Shown here in pieces: positions 10,531 through 23,200 of a stretch of DNA of 64,000 nt. The notes under the pieces are model-generated. The model saw only the letters and a list, made by a program, of their open reading frames with translations, did no database searches and had not been told where the DNA came from. The stretch's first letter is position 1. Every line of letters begins with the position of its first letter. Source of the DNA: Neoechinorhynchus agilis (lineage: Eukaryota; Animalia; Acanthocephala). Position numbers and translations under genes: made by a program. The DNA is taken from the NCBI GenBank assembly GCA_051530055.1, contig CM121343.1, positions 7,130,021 through 7,194,020 of the forward strand. The letters are read 5' to 3'.

Positions 10531-12240
10531 AAAAAAGTTACGTTTTCGCCATAAAAAAGCATGAATAGTTCAATTTTCAAACAAAGCAATTGCCAGCGAT
10601 AAAAAGACGATTCTATAACCATAAGTTAACCGTCCTCTCACTCTCCTCAGTTATGGACAAAACTCGAGCGGTGAAGGTACCCTCTGATAAGATTGTATTC
10701 TTTAATACCTAATTTTTTTGCAAATTTCATCCAAATGTCAAGGATGGCGGTATAAATGTATGCATTTATTCTGAAAAGTCATCATTCCATGCTTTTCGAT
10801 CTAATTTACTTGTAGTTTGTCCTTGTCGCTAGGTGGCTTCAAAGTTATCCGCTGTCATTATCAGAACGCGAGGAGCGGGAAAGGTAGAAATCAATCGTGA
10901 TAGCGTCCTTTACAAGTTAAGAGCTATCAATAAATTGCGTTTCTCCTAAAGTGGTCAAAGAAATGATTTCTTGTATGTGTAGTGGGTCTGAATGCCAAAA
11001 AAAGGAACAAGAATCGCAAAAAGTTCATTCGGTATTTAAATGCTCTAGTAAACTTCGAACTTAGCGAATGCACAGCATCATAATTTGAGCCAACGCGCAG
11101 GATTTTTGAATCAAAGAGAAATTGGTCAGAAGACTTAAGGTTCATTTCTACATACCTTAATCCTAGCGTTTGTTAATCGCTTTACGATCCAAGTGATCGA
11201 TGGATTGGATGGCCACAACCCGCGATTCGGACTGCACGAATGTTAAAGCAGTATTATTCTTCGTTTAAATAATTGCGAAATCTAATTACGATGCTTAGGT
11301 TATATCATAAACGAACTCTTTAAACTGACACGATGCGCTAAATTCCATGGCCAAGGTCGCCGAGGAACAATGTTCAGAAATACTTCTTGGCTCGTAAAAA
11401 TTACACCATCGTCTCGAAAATGTTCTTAAACAGAGAAGATAAAGCGAATATAGAGTTTTTAGTGAAAATTCTCCTTTAATTCTAAGTGCGCCTCGAGATC
11501 TTTTATACGCTCGTTGGATTCCGGTCGTGTGAGTCGCTAATCGGAACGATACGTCTTATTGATTTTTGGTTTACTGTGATTCGAGTTCAGTATTTGTTTC
11601 CATCTCTCAAATGGCGTAGCTTCCAAAATTTTTGCATGGATGAACTCTCCCAAACTCGACATTCTCTGGGATTTTTGCACATTCAACACAAACGGCTCGT
11701 ACGCCGGAAATCGTCGCAATTTAAACTAAAATGTTTGAGGCCCAACGAATAAATAGCGATGGTGGAGACCGGAATATCTTTTTAAATTTGTACACTTGCC
11801 ATAGTCCACAAAAACGAATTCTCGTGCATGCGTTATCAAGAGACTATTCTCCTTGTAAGGATATAGAAAACTCTGTTAGAAATCGGCAATTTATTAGTAA
11901 GTTTTATCGAGAATTGACTTCGGGTGACAAGCGACCCAAATAACAATTATTGGTAGGTATCCCTCCCTATATCCAACTTTAGATTCTCCTCCTATAACGT
12001 TTTAATAACAAATGCGATGTCGTTCCTAACCATCAAATGTAAAAATGAGGGAAGGTAAGTCCTAAAGGCAACGAGTCAAAACGACAACTTAAAGGCTTTA
12101 AATGTAAAAATGCGTGAAGGTAAATCCTAAAAGCAATGACCTGTAACGGCAACTTTTAACCATCAAATATAAAAATGCACATAGCCAAGTCCTAAAACTA
12201 TTCACCACTAGTTGACGACTACTCTAATAACGGTTAAATT

Positions 12241-13811
12241 ATGTTGCATTGCCTATAATCTACCGAAAAACGGAAATTTATTTGCGCATTCGAGCAATTA
12301 TTCATTATCAGCATCAACTCCATCATCGCTGGTTAACGTCGAGGAATGGCCCAATAGCTGGTATCTTCACCGATCGGCATATAATATCGAAAGGGTTTGG
12401 AACGAGGGTTATACTGGAAAAGGTGTCGTTGTGGGTATAATCGATTATGGTATCGAACAAGATCATCCTGATTTAAAGGATCGCGTCTTAGCGACACTGC
12501 CCGACTCGAGCGTTTTCAATGATCATGGCAATGGCTGTGCCGGAATTATAGCTGCGAATCCAGACAGCAATATTTGCGGAGTAGGTATAGCCTATGATTC
12601 CAAAATCATCCGTTTAAACATAGATAAATCACTTGATATTCTTTTCGATATAAATGAACCTCTCGAAGGAACTTTCGGCTTAAAAGAGCAGCGATGCATA
12701 ATCTTTATTGGACTAATGTTCTTTAATTTAATATCGCTAAATAATGCAACGCTGCACAATAAAATCAATGATTGATATTTATAGCGTTTCTCTTGGCGCG
12801 CCGGATGACGGTAGCTCGGTTGCGGAAATTCATCCAGCGTATAACATAATACTTGCTAACAATGCCAGGTTGGGGCGTAATGGATTAGGATCTTCCTTTG
12901 TTATTGCCTCTGGTAATGGTGGTCATTTGTTTGATAGTTGTGCGGCCGATGGACGAGTGAATTCCCATTACGCGATTGCGGTGGCTGGCATTCAAAGAAA
13001 CCATTCATCCCCGTATTACGCTGAAAAATGTGCCGCCATTATGACAACTGGATATGCCAGCGATGGCTCTTCAAATCGGATAATAACTGCGGGTCTAAAT
13101 GGTACGTGTCAACATTTTGGTGGAACATCAGCCGTCGCTCCAATGGTAGCAGCCATTATTGCACTTGGACTTCAAGCAAATCCTGATCTCGACTACAGAC
13201 AAATCCAGTATTTGGTAGTTATGTCGTCCGTTAAGCATGAAAACATGAAACCTTATTGGCGTACGCATGGACGATGGTGGAAAAATGGAGCTGGTTATTG
13301 GGTAAGTAAATATTTTGGGTTTGGTATTCTTGATCCCAAATCTTTTGTGGATAACGCCATTGCGATGAAAGGCCGTAAACTGCCAAAATCTAATACCTGT
13401 AAAGTTCGCATATCAGGCTTTACTTGGCTGCGAAGCGATTCTATGGCACGTTTCCGAGTTTATACGAATGCCTGCAATTCATTATCGTCCGCGATAACCA
13501 GTTTGGAACATGTAATTCTAAATGTTACAATCAATCCTCTTCTTTCAAATCCTGGACAAAGGGGCAAACTAAGAATTGTGCTTGTGTCTCCTACCAATAA
13601 CAGTGTGGAAATGTTGGATATTCGGCCTCTTGACGAGGATAGAGTGAAAGGATTTATGTATCAGCCGTTTACGTCGGTTCTCAATTGGTTCGAAGATCCG
13701 AGGGGTTATTGGGAAGCACGAATATTTAATTTAGATAAACATGGCTCATTCATAGTGCATAAGGTAGACATGATTCTGATCGGTGTTAATGGAAATCCTT
13801 TAGAAACATGA
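12241..13811 (+). pseudogene. Kexin/furin-like protease, copy 2; 29-bp deletion removes the signal peptide and frameshifts the ATG
   Basis: ATGTT|GCATTGCC against ATGTT+AACAATCTTTCTGTTCCTTTTCTCCGTAC+GCATTGCC in copies 1 and 3. The catalytic residues remain intact. Confidence 0.8.
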
Positions 13812-14559
13812 AATATAATGTGTGCGTGTTTTAAACTTTTCGGAGATTACGTTTTGACAACGAATCTGTCGAAGAAACTCCATATTCGAATTAATATCCG
13901 AATGGAAAATTCGATAATTGTGTGCTCTAATTTTAACGAAAGTAAAAGTTAAACCTTAGAATAAAATAGACTGCAATAATACGTCAATTCTGGATTCTAA
14001 GCGATAATATCGTTTTTTTACGTGCATTATTCCATGATTGACAATATAAAAACAGGATCGTTTTTGTTAGTCACAATTATACATTTTCTTTGCACGTTAA
14101 CATGATCGGTTCTTATATTAAAAAAACATCTTATTTGCATGGTATTTACCAATAAAGTCTTTTTGGTGGTGCTGTTGACATGTACAATTATTTTATCACA
14201 GGAGTGCAAAACTTTCAGAACTTGTAAACAAATCAAAACTCCACAAACCAACAATAATATTACAGTCTGGGGAGCTTACCCAATTATTGATTAAAGAATC
14301 TTTCTTTAATAGCTAAAAAAGGCTGCAATATATAGGCATCCTCTCTATAGAGCCGCTTTTTACATGGCATTTTCTTACAACGACCGTTTTAAATTAAGAC
14401 AAGTTTTCGATTTACGGCCTAAAATGTTTTCATTTATCGACAAGTTTTTTTATTTATGTATCTTTCATGTTGTTAATAACGATTAGAAGCATTTTAGGCA
14501 AAATGTCATCGCAACAACTTGTATGGAATTCGGAGCGTGATAAAAAGATATGCCGGAAA

Positions 14560-15800
14560 TCAGTCACGCGAGGAACTACGCTGTAAGTATTTCGTAACAC
14601 GATGTGTCCGATCTACTTGGAGCTGATAGGGAATCGATTTCATATGATCAACTCATTGGGTTGCAAGAAGGATCGGCTTCTAAGGTCCATCTCAATTACT
14701 CTCCAGACCTTTCCCGTTAAAAAAACTTTAACTAACAAAATACTTGTTGGCCGCAAAAACTTCTCTAAAATTCGTCCGGGCGGCAATTCAACGTGGTGGC
14801 GGGCCGTCAAAGACTCTCTTGGTCTACGCCACCCGGATCCTTTTCCTAATTTGACATCCGCTGAATTAATACAGGTTCTAGATTCCATCAAGAGGAGCCT
14901 CTGCCCTGACTCAATTTACAATAACCCCTTCACATCAGATACCACACAATATTTAAGGCCGACATCTGAAGCTTTTGTCAACTCGCCGATACTCCCCTTA
15001 GTTACGCCGCACGAAGTATTACATCATCTCAAGAAATTATCTCGAATTTCGTCTCTCAATCCGAAATCCCAAATTTTTGCTCTTGGCTACATCATCCCCG
15101 AACTTATCGACCCTCTCGCCCCCATGATAAATCGCAGCCTTTAATATGACATCTACCCCTCATGCCTAAAAAACTGCTAAAGTCATCTTTATTCCAAAAG
15201 ATAGACATCCGATTTCCACCGAATCATTCCGTCCAATATCGATTCTACCCGCCCTTTCAAAAATTATCGAAAAATGTTTTAAATCCCGCCTTCAATGGCA
15301 TCAACGACAAATCATTGCCCCACAATTTGGCTTGGGGCCCACATTTTCTGCAACCGATCTCACTCTAAACTCTTCTTATACGCACAGCTGACTTTCCCCC
15401 TTTTCACCGAATGTCTTGATACTATTTTGTTAAAACAAACAAAACGCCTATCAACCTTAGCGCCACAATTTCTACCATATATCGGCCCATTTTCACACGA
15501 GCACAACACTCGTAATCCTAATTCGTTTCACCTTCCTATACCTCGCACCTTCCTAGATCTACGCTCCTTTTTCCATGCTGGCCAATCTTCTCGGATATTG
15601 TAACCTGAAATGATTCCGAGGAAAGACCCGACCTCACAAGCGCTCCTGCAAACAATAACCATCAATTCCCACCTGAACGTACCCAACCCGACCGCATATT
15701 CCCACCCGCCCGGACTCGTAATCCACTCCAAAGTCAATATCTGATTTCATTTTCCAATTAAAACTCGAGTGTTTATGAGGACCCAAAAGTACATGGGTCC
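14560..15800 (+). mobile_element. Degenerate LINE (RT region with internal deletions, 3' stem-loop)
   Basis: FIPK..FRPISILPALSKIIEK..PQFG in an unannotated frame at 15175-15330. ORF 14602-15144. GGACCC/GGGTCC hairpin at ~15779-15800. Confidence 0.85.
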
Positions 15801-16650
15801 CGTTCCACCTTAAATTAGAGATGTGGTAGCTGGCATCAGTAGATCGAAAAATCTACTGTCGCCGCACAAAAATAGTTTTTTATTTAACATAACACGGAAA
15901 ACGTTAACATGAACCTTATGACGTCGTCGATGGTCACTACATAGGCCCCCCTCTAGAAGGTTCTTCCGTTTTTTGCGAGGTCTGCCTCGTTTTGGAGGTT
16001 GAGCGAGAAAGACGGGTGATGTTGGATCGATATACGTTTGTTTGAGGCGGTCTATCGATACGTTCTCTGGTTTTCCACCGAGATCGATCATGAAAAACTT
16101 TTCGTTGCGATCAAGTACTTTGTAAGGTCCGGTATACAGCGCCTGTATGGGATTCCCATGCTGACTGCGTCTGACAAAAACGAACGATGCTCTGCTGAGA
16201 GGTTGTAGTACAAACGTCGTCACTTTACCATGGTTCACAACGGATATGGGCGCAAGAGATTTGACCTTATTACGTAGCCGTTTTAGATGAGTGTGAGAAT
16301 CGACTTGGCTAAGTGAAGAATTAAGAAAATCGGCAGGTATGTTGATGGCACTTCCATATACATGCTCTGCTGCCGAGGAATCTAGGTCGGCATTGGGCGC
16401 CGTGCGAATTCCTAACAAAATCCAAGGCAATTCGTCGATCCGATTGTTTCCGCAGAGGCGAGCTTTCAAAGCCGATTTCAGATGCCTGTGGAATCTTTCG
16501 ACCATTCCATTGGATTGAGGATGATACGCAGTTGTGCGGTGGAACCTCATTCCTAAATGTTCTGCGATTGTTCTCCACAGCTCTGATATGAACTGTGGTC
16601 TTCGATCGGATATGATGCCGTTAGGAATACCGAAACGAGTTAAGAAAGAT
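15800..16650 (-). mobile_element. Ty3/Gypsy integrase (5'-truncated), PPT and partial 3' LTR (15941-15800)
   Basis: FGIPNGIISDRRPQF..TTAYHPQSNGMVERFHR rve core, a GPY/F motif (YTGPYKV), and the PPT followed by TGTAGTG. Confidence 0.92.
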
Positions 16651-17158
16651 TCTTTAATCAATAATTGGGTAAGCTCCCCAGACTGTAATATTATTGTTGG
16701 TTTGTGGAGTTTTGATTTATTTACAAGTTCTGAAAGTTTTGCACTCCTGTGATAAAATAATTGTACATGTCAACAGCACCACCAAAAAGACTTTATTGGT
16801 AAATACCATGCAAATAAGATGTTTTTTAATATAAGAACCGATCATGTTAATGTGCAAAGAAAATGTATAATTATGACTTACAAAAACGATTTCTAAATTG
16901 AGTATTTCTCTATCCTGTTTTTATATTGTCAATCATGGAATAATGCACGTAAAAAAACGATATTATCGCTTAGAATCCAGAATTGACGTATTATTGCAGT
17001 CTATTTTATTCTAAGGTTTAACTTTTACTTTCGTTAAAATTAGAGCACACAATTATCGAATTTTCCATTCGGATATTAATTCGAATATGGAGTTTCTTCG
17101 ACAGATTCGTTGTCAAAACGTAATCTCCGAAAAGTTTAAAACACGCACACATTATATT

Positions 17159-18757
17159 TCATGTTTCTAAAGGATTTCCATTAACACCGATCAGAATCAT
17201 GTCTATCTTATGCACTATGAATGAGCCATGTTTATCTAAATTAAATATTCGTGCTTCCCAATAACCCCTCGGATCTTCGAACCAATTGAGAACCGACGTA
17301 AACGGCTGATACATAAATCCTTTCACTCTATCCTCGTCAAGAGGCCGAATATCCAACATTTCCACACTGTTATTGGTAGGAGACACAAGCACAATTCTTA
17401 GTTTGCCCCTTTGTCCAGGATTTGAAAAAGAGGATTGATTGTAACATTTAGAATTACATGTTCCAAACTCGTTATCGCGGACGATAATGAATTGCAGGCA
17501 TTCGTATAAACTCGGAAACGTGCCATAGAATCGCTTCGCAGCCAAGTAAAGCCTGATATGCGAACTTTACAGGTATTAGATTTTGGCAGTTTACGGCCTT
17601 TCATCGCAATGGCGTTATCCACAAAAGATTTGGGATCAAGAATACCAAACCCAAAATATTTACTTACCCAATAACCAGCTCCATTTTTCCACCATCGTCC
17701 ATGCGTACGCCAATAAGGTTTCATGTTTTCATGCTTAACGGACGACATAACTACCAAATACTGGATTTGTCTGTAGTCGAGATCAGGATTTGCTTGAAGT
17801 CCAAGTGCAATAATGGCTGCTACCATTGGAGCGACGGCTGATGTTCCACCAAAATGTTGACACGTACCATTTAGACCCGCAGTTATTATCCGATTTGAAG
17901 AGCCATCGCTGGCATATCCAGTTGTCATAATGGCGGCACATTTTTCAGCGTAATACGGGGATGAATGGTTTCTTTGAATGCCAGCCACCGCAATCGCGTA
18001 ATGGGAGTTCACTTGTCCGTCGACAGCACAAGTATCAAACAAATGACCACCATTACCAGAGGCAATAACTAAGGAAGATCCTAATCCATTACGCCCCAAC
18101 CGGGCATTGTTAGCAAGTATTATGTTATACGCTGGATGAATTTCCGCAACCGAGCTACCGTCATCCGGCGCGCCAAGAGAAACGCTATAAATATCAATCA
18201 TTGATTTTATTGTGCAGCGTTGCATTATTTAGCGATATTAAATTAAAGAACATTAGTCCAATAAAGATTATGCATCGCTGCTCTTTTAAGCCGAAAGTTC
18301 CTTCGAGAGGTTCATTTATATCGAAAAGAATATCAAGTGATTTATCTATGTTTAAACGGATGATTTTGGAATCATAGGCTATACCTACTCCGCAAATATT
18401 GCTGTCAGGATTCGCAGCTATAATTCCGGCACAGCCATTGCCATGATCATTGAAAACGCTCGAGTCGGGCAGTGTCGCTAAGACGCGATCCTTTAAATCA
18501 GGATGATCTTGTTCGATACCATAATCGATTATACCCACAACGACACCTTTTCCAGTATAACCCTCGTTCCAAACCCTTTCGATATTATATGCCGATCGGT
18601 GAAGATACCAGCTATTGGGCCATTCCTCGACGTTAACCAGCGATGATGGAGTTGATGCTGATAATGAATAATTGCTCGAATGCGCAAATAAATTTCCGTT
18701 TTTCGGTAGATTATAGGCAATGCGTACGGAGAAAAGGAACAGAAAGATTGTTAACAT
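17159..18757 (-). pseudogene. Kexin/furin-like protease, copy 3; 1-bp deletion in the P domain (~17427)
   Basis: TTTGAAAAAGAGG against TTTGAAAGAAGAGG in copy 1 splits the ORF (17398-18225 and 17159-17545). The signal peptide is intact. Confidence 0.8.
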
Positions 18758-19278
18758 AATTTAACCGTTATTTGAGTAGTCGTCAACTAGTGGTGAATAG
18801 TTTTAGGGATTATCTTCTCGCATTTTTATATTTGGTGGTTGAAAGTTACAGTTTGACTCATTGTTTTTAGCACTTTATTTCTTTAAAGTTGCAGTTTTGA
18901 GTCATTGTTTTTTAGAACCTTCCTTCTCGTATTTGGTGGCTCGCGAATTTTTTATTTAATGGTGAACAATCGCCGTCATAGGTCATCGCTCTTTGGATTT
19001 ACCTTCTCGCATTTTTATATTTCATGGTTGAAAGTTATAGTTTTGACTCATTATTTTTAGAACTTAATTTCTTTAAATTTTCAGTTCCAAGCAAATAATG
19101 CTTCACAGAATATGTAGTTCAAACCTGGAGTCATCATGAAATTTCTAAAAGTTCTACATCATTCGCATTAGCTACTCACACAATTGAAATCTAAAGAGCG
19201 TCACTTAGAATCAAAGGAGGATTTTCTTTAAAACTCCATATTCGTTTTTATTTCTCTGAATTACCCTTCTTTAGATGC

Positions 19279-19757
19279 CTATAGCCTGCCCATTGAACTT
19301 TCCTGTGCCTTAGTGGCAAGTTCTATTTCCATTCTTTTAAGCTTCTCGGCGATTCCTTCAAGTTTGTCGCTGACAACCGCTGAGCTTGTTGTTAGCATTC
19401 TAATTTCGCTTTTTATAAAATTAATCCTGTTTTGAACGTTACTTAGTACTTCATCTTTCTCCTTAGGCACAATCAAGTGCCCGTCTACACATTTGTGAAA
19501 AGAAATAGGCTTTCCAAGGGAAACTAAAAATTTGACGTCAGCTGCAACGGCTTCGTTTTCGATCAACTGGTGCTCTATGACCAAAGAATCATTTGAAACA
19601 AAAATATCAATCAAATGGTCCTTTGGTTTAATGCTTTATTTTTTGCGGCATTTTGCATAAGCTCACTTCTAAGAGAATCGAATTTAGCTTTAAAGTTTTT
19701 GCACTCCGTGGATATCCTCTGTTGTTCATCAACAAGCTGTGCTGAACTGGACTTCAT
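19279..19757 (-). CDS. PFDN6: Prefoldin subunit 6, duplicate copy
   Basis: Same structure as 5781-6259, with three amino-acid differences (S/N, A/V, H/L). Confidence 0.72.
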
Positions 19758-19822
19758 GTCTAAAATTTTAGGATAAACAAACAAAGACTCTAATCAATGT
19801 AAAAATTCAATGAACTAAACGC

Positions 19823-20282
19823 TTATTGTTTTTGGGTTTCCCACATTCGTTTATAGAATGATTCGTTTTTTCTAAGTAAATCTTCATGAAGTCCACTGTC
19901 AGCGATTCGACCCTCACCCATCACGTAGATATTGTCGCAATCCGTAACCGTGGATAACCGATGAGCAATAAAAATAGAAGTCCGTGGTCGATCAATGCTA
20001 GCTGATATCTTTCTTAGTGCTCTAACGATTAGACTTTCAGTCCATGCGTCTAGGTTGGACGTGGCTTCATCATAAATAAATATAGGAGCATCTTTCAACA
20101 ATGCACGAGCTATCGCAATTCGCTGCTTTTCACCACCAGCCAATTTCAACCCTCTTTCGCCTACCAGTGTTTCATAGCCTTTAGACATATTATTTATCTT
20201 GTGGTGGATGGCAGCCGCTCGAGCCGCCTCGTATACTTGCTCGTCGTCTGCGGTCAAATCACCATACTTGATATTGGCATAC
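19823..20282 (-). pseudogene. ABCB7: ABCB7/ATM1 last-exon fragment, duplicate
   Basis: Translation identical to 6325-6784. Confidence 0.75.
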
Positions 20283-23200
20283 CTAGATTCGATCAGGTAA
20301 AAGTCCAATTATCTTAAATGCAATCAGAGAAAACTCAGCTAACACTTGAGCACAATTGACAATTTAAAACAAATATGAACTTTTAAACAAGGACAATAAC
20401 CGTTCTGAGCATCAATTTTTTTGTAGTTGACGAAAATAAATACTTGCTTCAATTGACAATCTTCTGCGGCGAGTACCCTGGCACGCTAATAAAGAAATCA
20501 AAACATTCTCGTTATTCGTGAATAAATTAACAATGTGGTAGAAAAATGTAGTACCGGTTTTTTTATCCCATGTCACTTCATTCATCGCGAAAACGAGATC
20601 AGAAAAGAGTAAATGTGTTGAAATCAACAAATTTCTTAAACTCAATGGGGATATTTGTGACTTTTGAAGAGTATTGCGAAGAAAGGGATACAAAGTGTAA
20701 GAAGTTTCCCTTTGGAACTTTCCTCGTCTGAAAATTAGAAGGAAGGATGATCCTCGATTTTTGGAAGAAAATATCATTTTTGGGGTTTTATCAAGGGGGA
20801 TCATGATCACCACAACTCGAACAATTTTCTGTCGATATGAGAAGTATTAATCGTCATCGAAGATGGGAAAATAGTAAATGTTTTGAAATCAACAAATTTC
20901 TTAAACACAATGGGGATATTTGTGACTTTTGAAGAGTATTGCGAAGAAAGAGATCCAAAGTGTAAGAAGTTTCCCTTTGGAACTTTCCTCGTCTGAAAAT
21001 TCGAAGGAAGGATGATCCTTGATTTTTGGAAGAAAATATCATTTTTGGGGTTTTATCAAGGGGGATCATGATCACCACAACTCGAACAATTTTCTGTCGA
21101 TATGAGAAGTATTAATCGTCATCGAAGATGGGAAAATAGTAAATGTTTTGAAATCAACAAATTTCTTAAACACAATGGGGATATTTGTGACTTTTGAAGA
21201 GTATTGCGAAGAAAGGGATACAAAGTGTAAGAAGTTTCCCTTTGGAACATTCCTCGTCTGAAAATTAGAAGGAAGGGTGATCCTCTCCTCGTACCGAATG
21301 CCTAGATACTATTTTGTTAAAACAAACAAAACGCCTATCAACCCTACCGCCACAATTTCTACCATATATCGGCCCATTTTCACACGAGCACAACACTCGT
21401 AGTCCTAATTCGTTTTCGCACCTTTCTATACTCCTTTTTCCGTGCTGTTCAATCCTTTCGGATACCATAACTTGAGATGAATCTGAGGAAAGACCCAACC
21501 TCACAAGCGCTCCTGACAAGAATAAGCACCAATTCCCACCTGGACGGACTTTCCTACCCGACCGGATATTCCCACCCGCCCGGACTCGTAATCCACTCCA
21601 AAATCAATAGCCTATTTCATTTTCCAGTTAAAATTCTAGTGTTTGTGAGGACCCAAAAGTACATGGGTCCTGTTCTTTATGCATCAACAAATAAAACTGT
21701 TGATTATTATTGCCGGAACGAGGAACCGGGAAAACATCGAATTTGGTTTTGTCAAATGTAAAACAACGTAAAAGTGAAATAATTTTACATCGAGGTATGA
21801 ATTACAGAGGAACGTCGATTATCCGAAGCATCAATTATACCGATCGGAATGCTGTCCTATTCAACTACCGTTGCTCAAGAGAATAAGAGAAGGTGTGCAA
21901 TGGTACAGAGAAAATTAAGTCATTATTTTCAACCATAAAGTTAGAGATAAGTAATAGTTTGATGATTGAACTAATAATGCTTGTTTATGGTGTAAAATGT
22001 TAAAGAGTTTATTAATTCCGATATTTTGACACAATTTTGTACCTTTATCAAGGTGTATTCGCACAGTACTAAGATTGAGTTTAAAGTCTCATTCATTCCC
22101 CAGTCTAAAGATTAAGCCTGGCGAATAAATAAGGCCTCCATTATAACGCGATTCCATTTTAATTCACTTCGAGCAAAAATGTTGGCATTGTCTATACCCA
22201 TGGCGGTACCTTGTTGCTCAAAGTGGTTAGGTATCGCTGAACTGGAATCGATGCCTCACCTCAGATCATATTTCTGTTCTTTGGTTTTCCTGTGCGCCTT
22301 CAGTGTTCCCAGGAAGTCTACACCCGATGATACTGTGTGCTTATCCGCCGGCATTAAATTTCGGAACATGTTAACGAATGTTCTAGCTGATATATCAATG
22401 TACCCTTTTCTCCGACGAAACAGTAAGGATCACAGTGCCCCTGAGACTGTTGCGCCAATGTGAACATCACACCGCTGCCGTTGACGAGCGACGATAGAGC
22501 CATCGGGACGCCATAGTTCCATTTGTCGGCAATCAGGTGGAAGGTACTCACGACACGAAGAAGTGAACGCGACGCTAAGTCGTCCCCTGAATACTGTAAC
22601 CTTTGCCGATTCGATGGTCATAGACCGGACGATGTCACAGTCGTCGAAGTATTTGAGAAAACGTATCCTTTTTAAAAATAGTCCAGTCTCCAAATATTGC
22701 TTCACATTCTGTATACCACACCAGAACAGCTAGCATGTTATGAAATTTAACGCCGGAGAATAAGCACGCAGTATTATCGGATGTAGAATTCCTGTTAACA
22801 CCGAAGACGCTCGAGAATACAGAATATAGAATGGTTTCTGCTGATGTCAAGTCTATTCACAAAAATGCCATTGAATTCAGCGATCAACCTTGCGATTCCT
22901 ATGCTTTTCGCAATGCAGAACCAAATCTGAATAAAAGGAACTATTACACATGTGCACGAGGAACACGAATTTCAATTTCGAAGATAAGAGCTTCGATTAA
23001 GCTGATGGATTTTGCATGGGGAATCCTCTTGCCCCAGTTCTCGCCGAATTGTTCATGTGCGATTGAGAGGCAAGTATGTTTCCAGCCTACAGTTTATCAA
23101 ATTCTGGCAGAGATACGTAGATGATACTTTTATCTTAATCGACAAATCCAAGGAGACGGAAAAGTTTAGCCGAATGTTGAATTCAAAACACAGCAACATT

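Larger units (their letters stand above)
5610..11678. repeat. ~6.07-kb direct segmental duplication (second copy 19107-25175)
   Basis: Near-identical sequence and ORF sets at offset ~13,497. Confidence 0.95.

Noticed and set aside
11428-11440. ACAGAGAAGAT match to the U6 snRNA box (also at ~24925)
   Set aside because: Only 11 nt match, and the flanks do not resemble U6.
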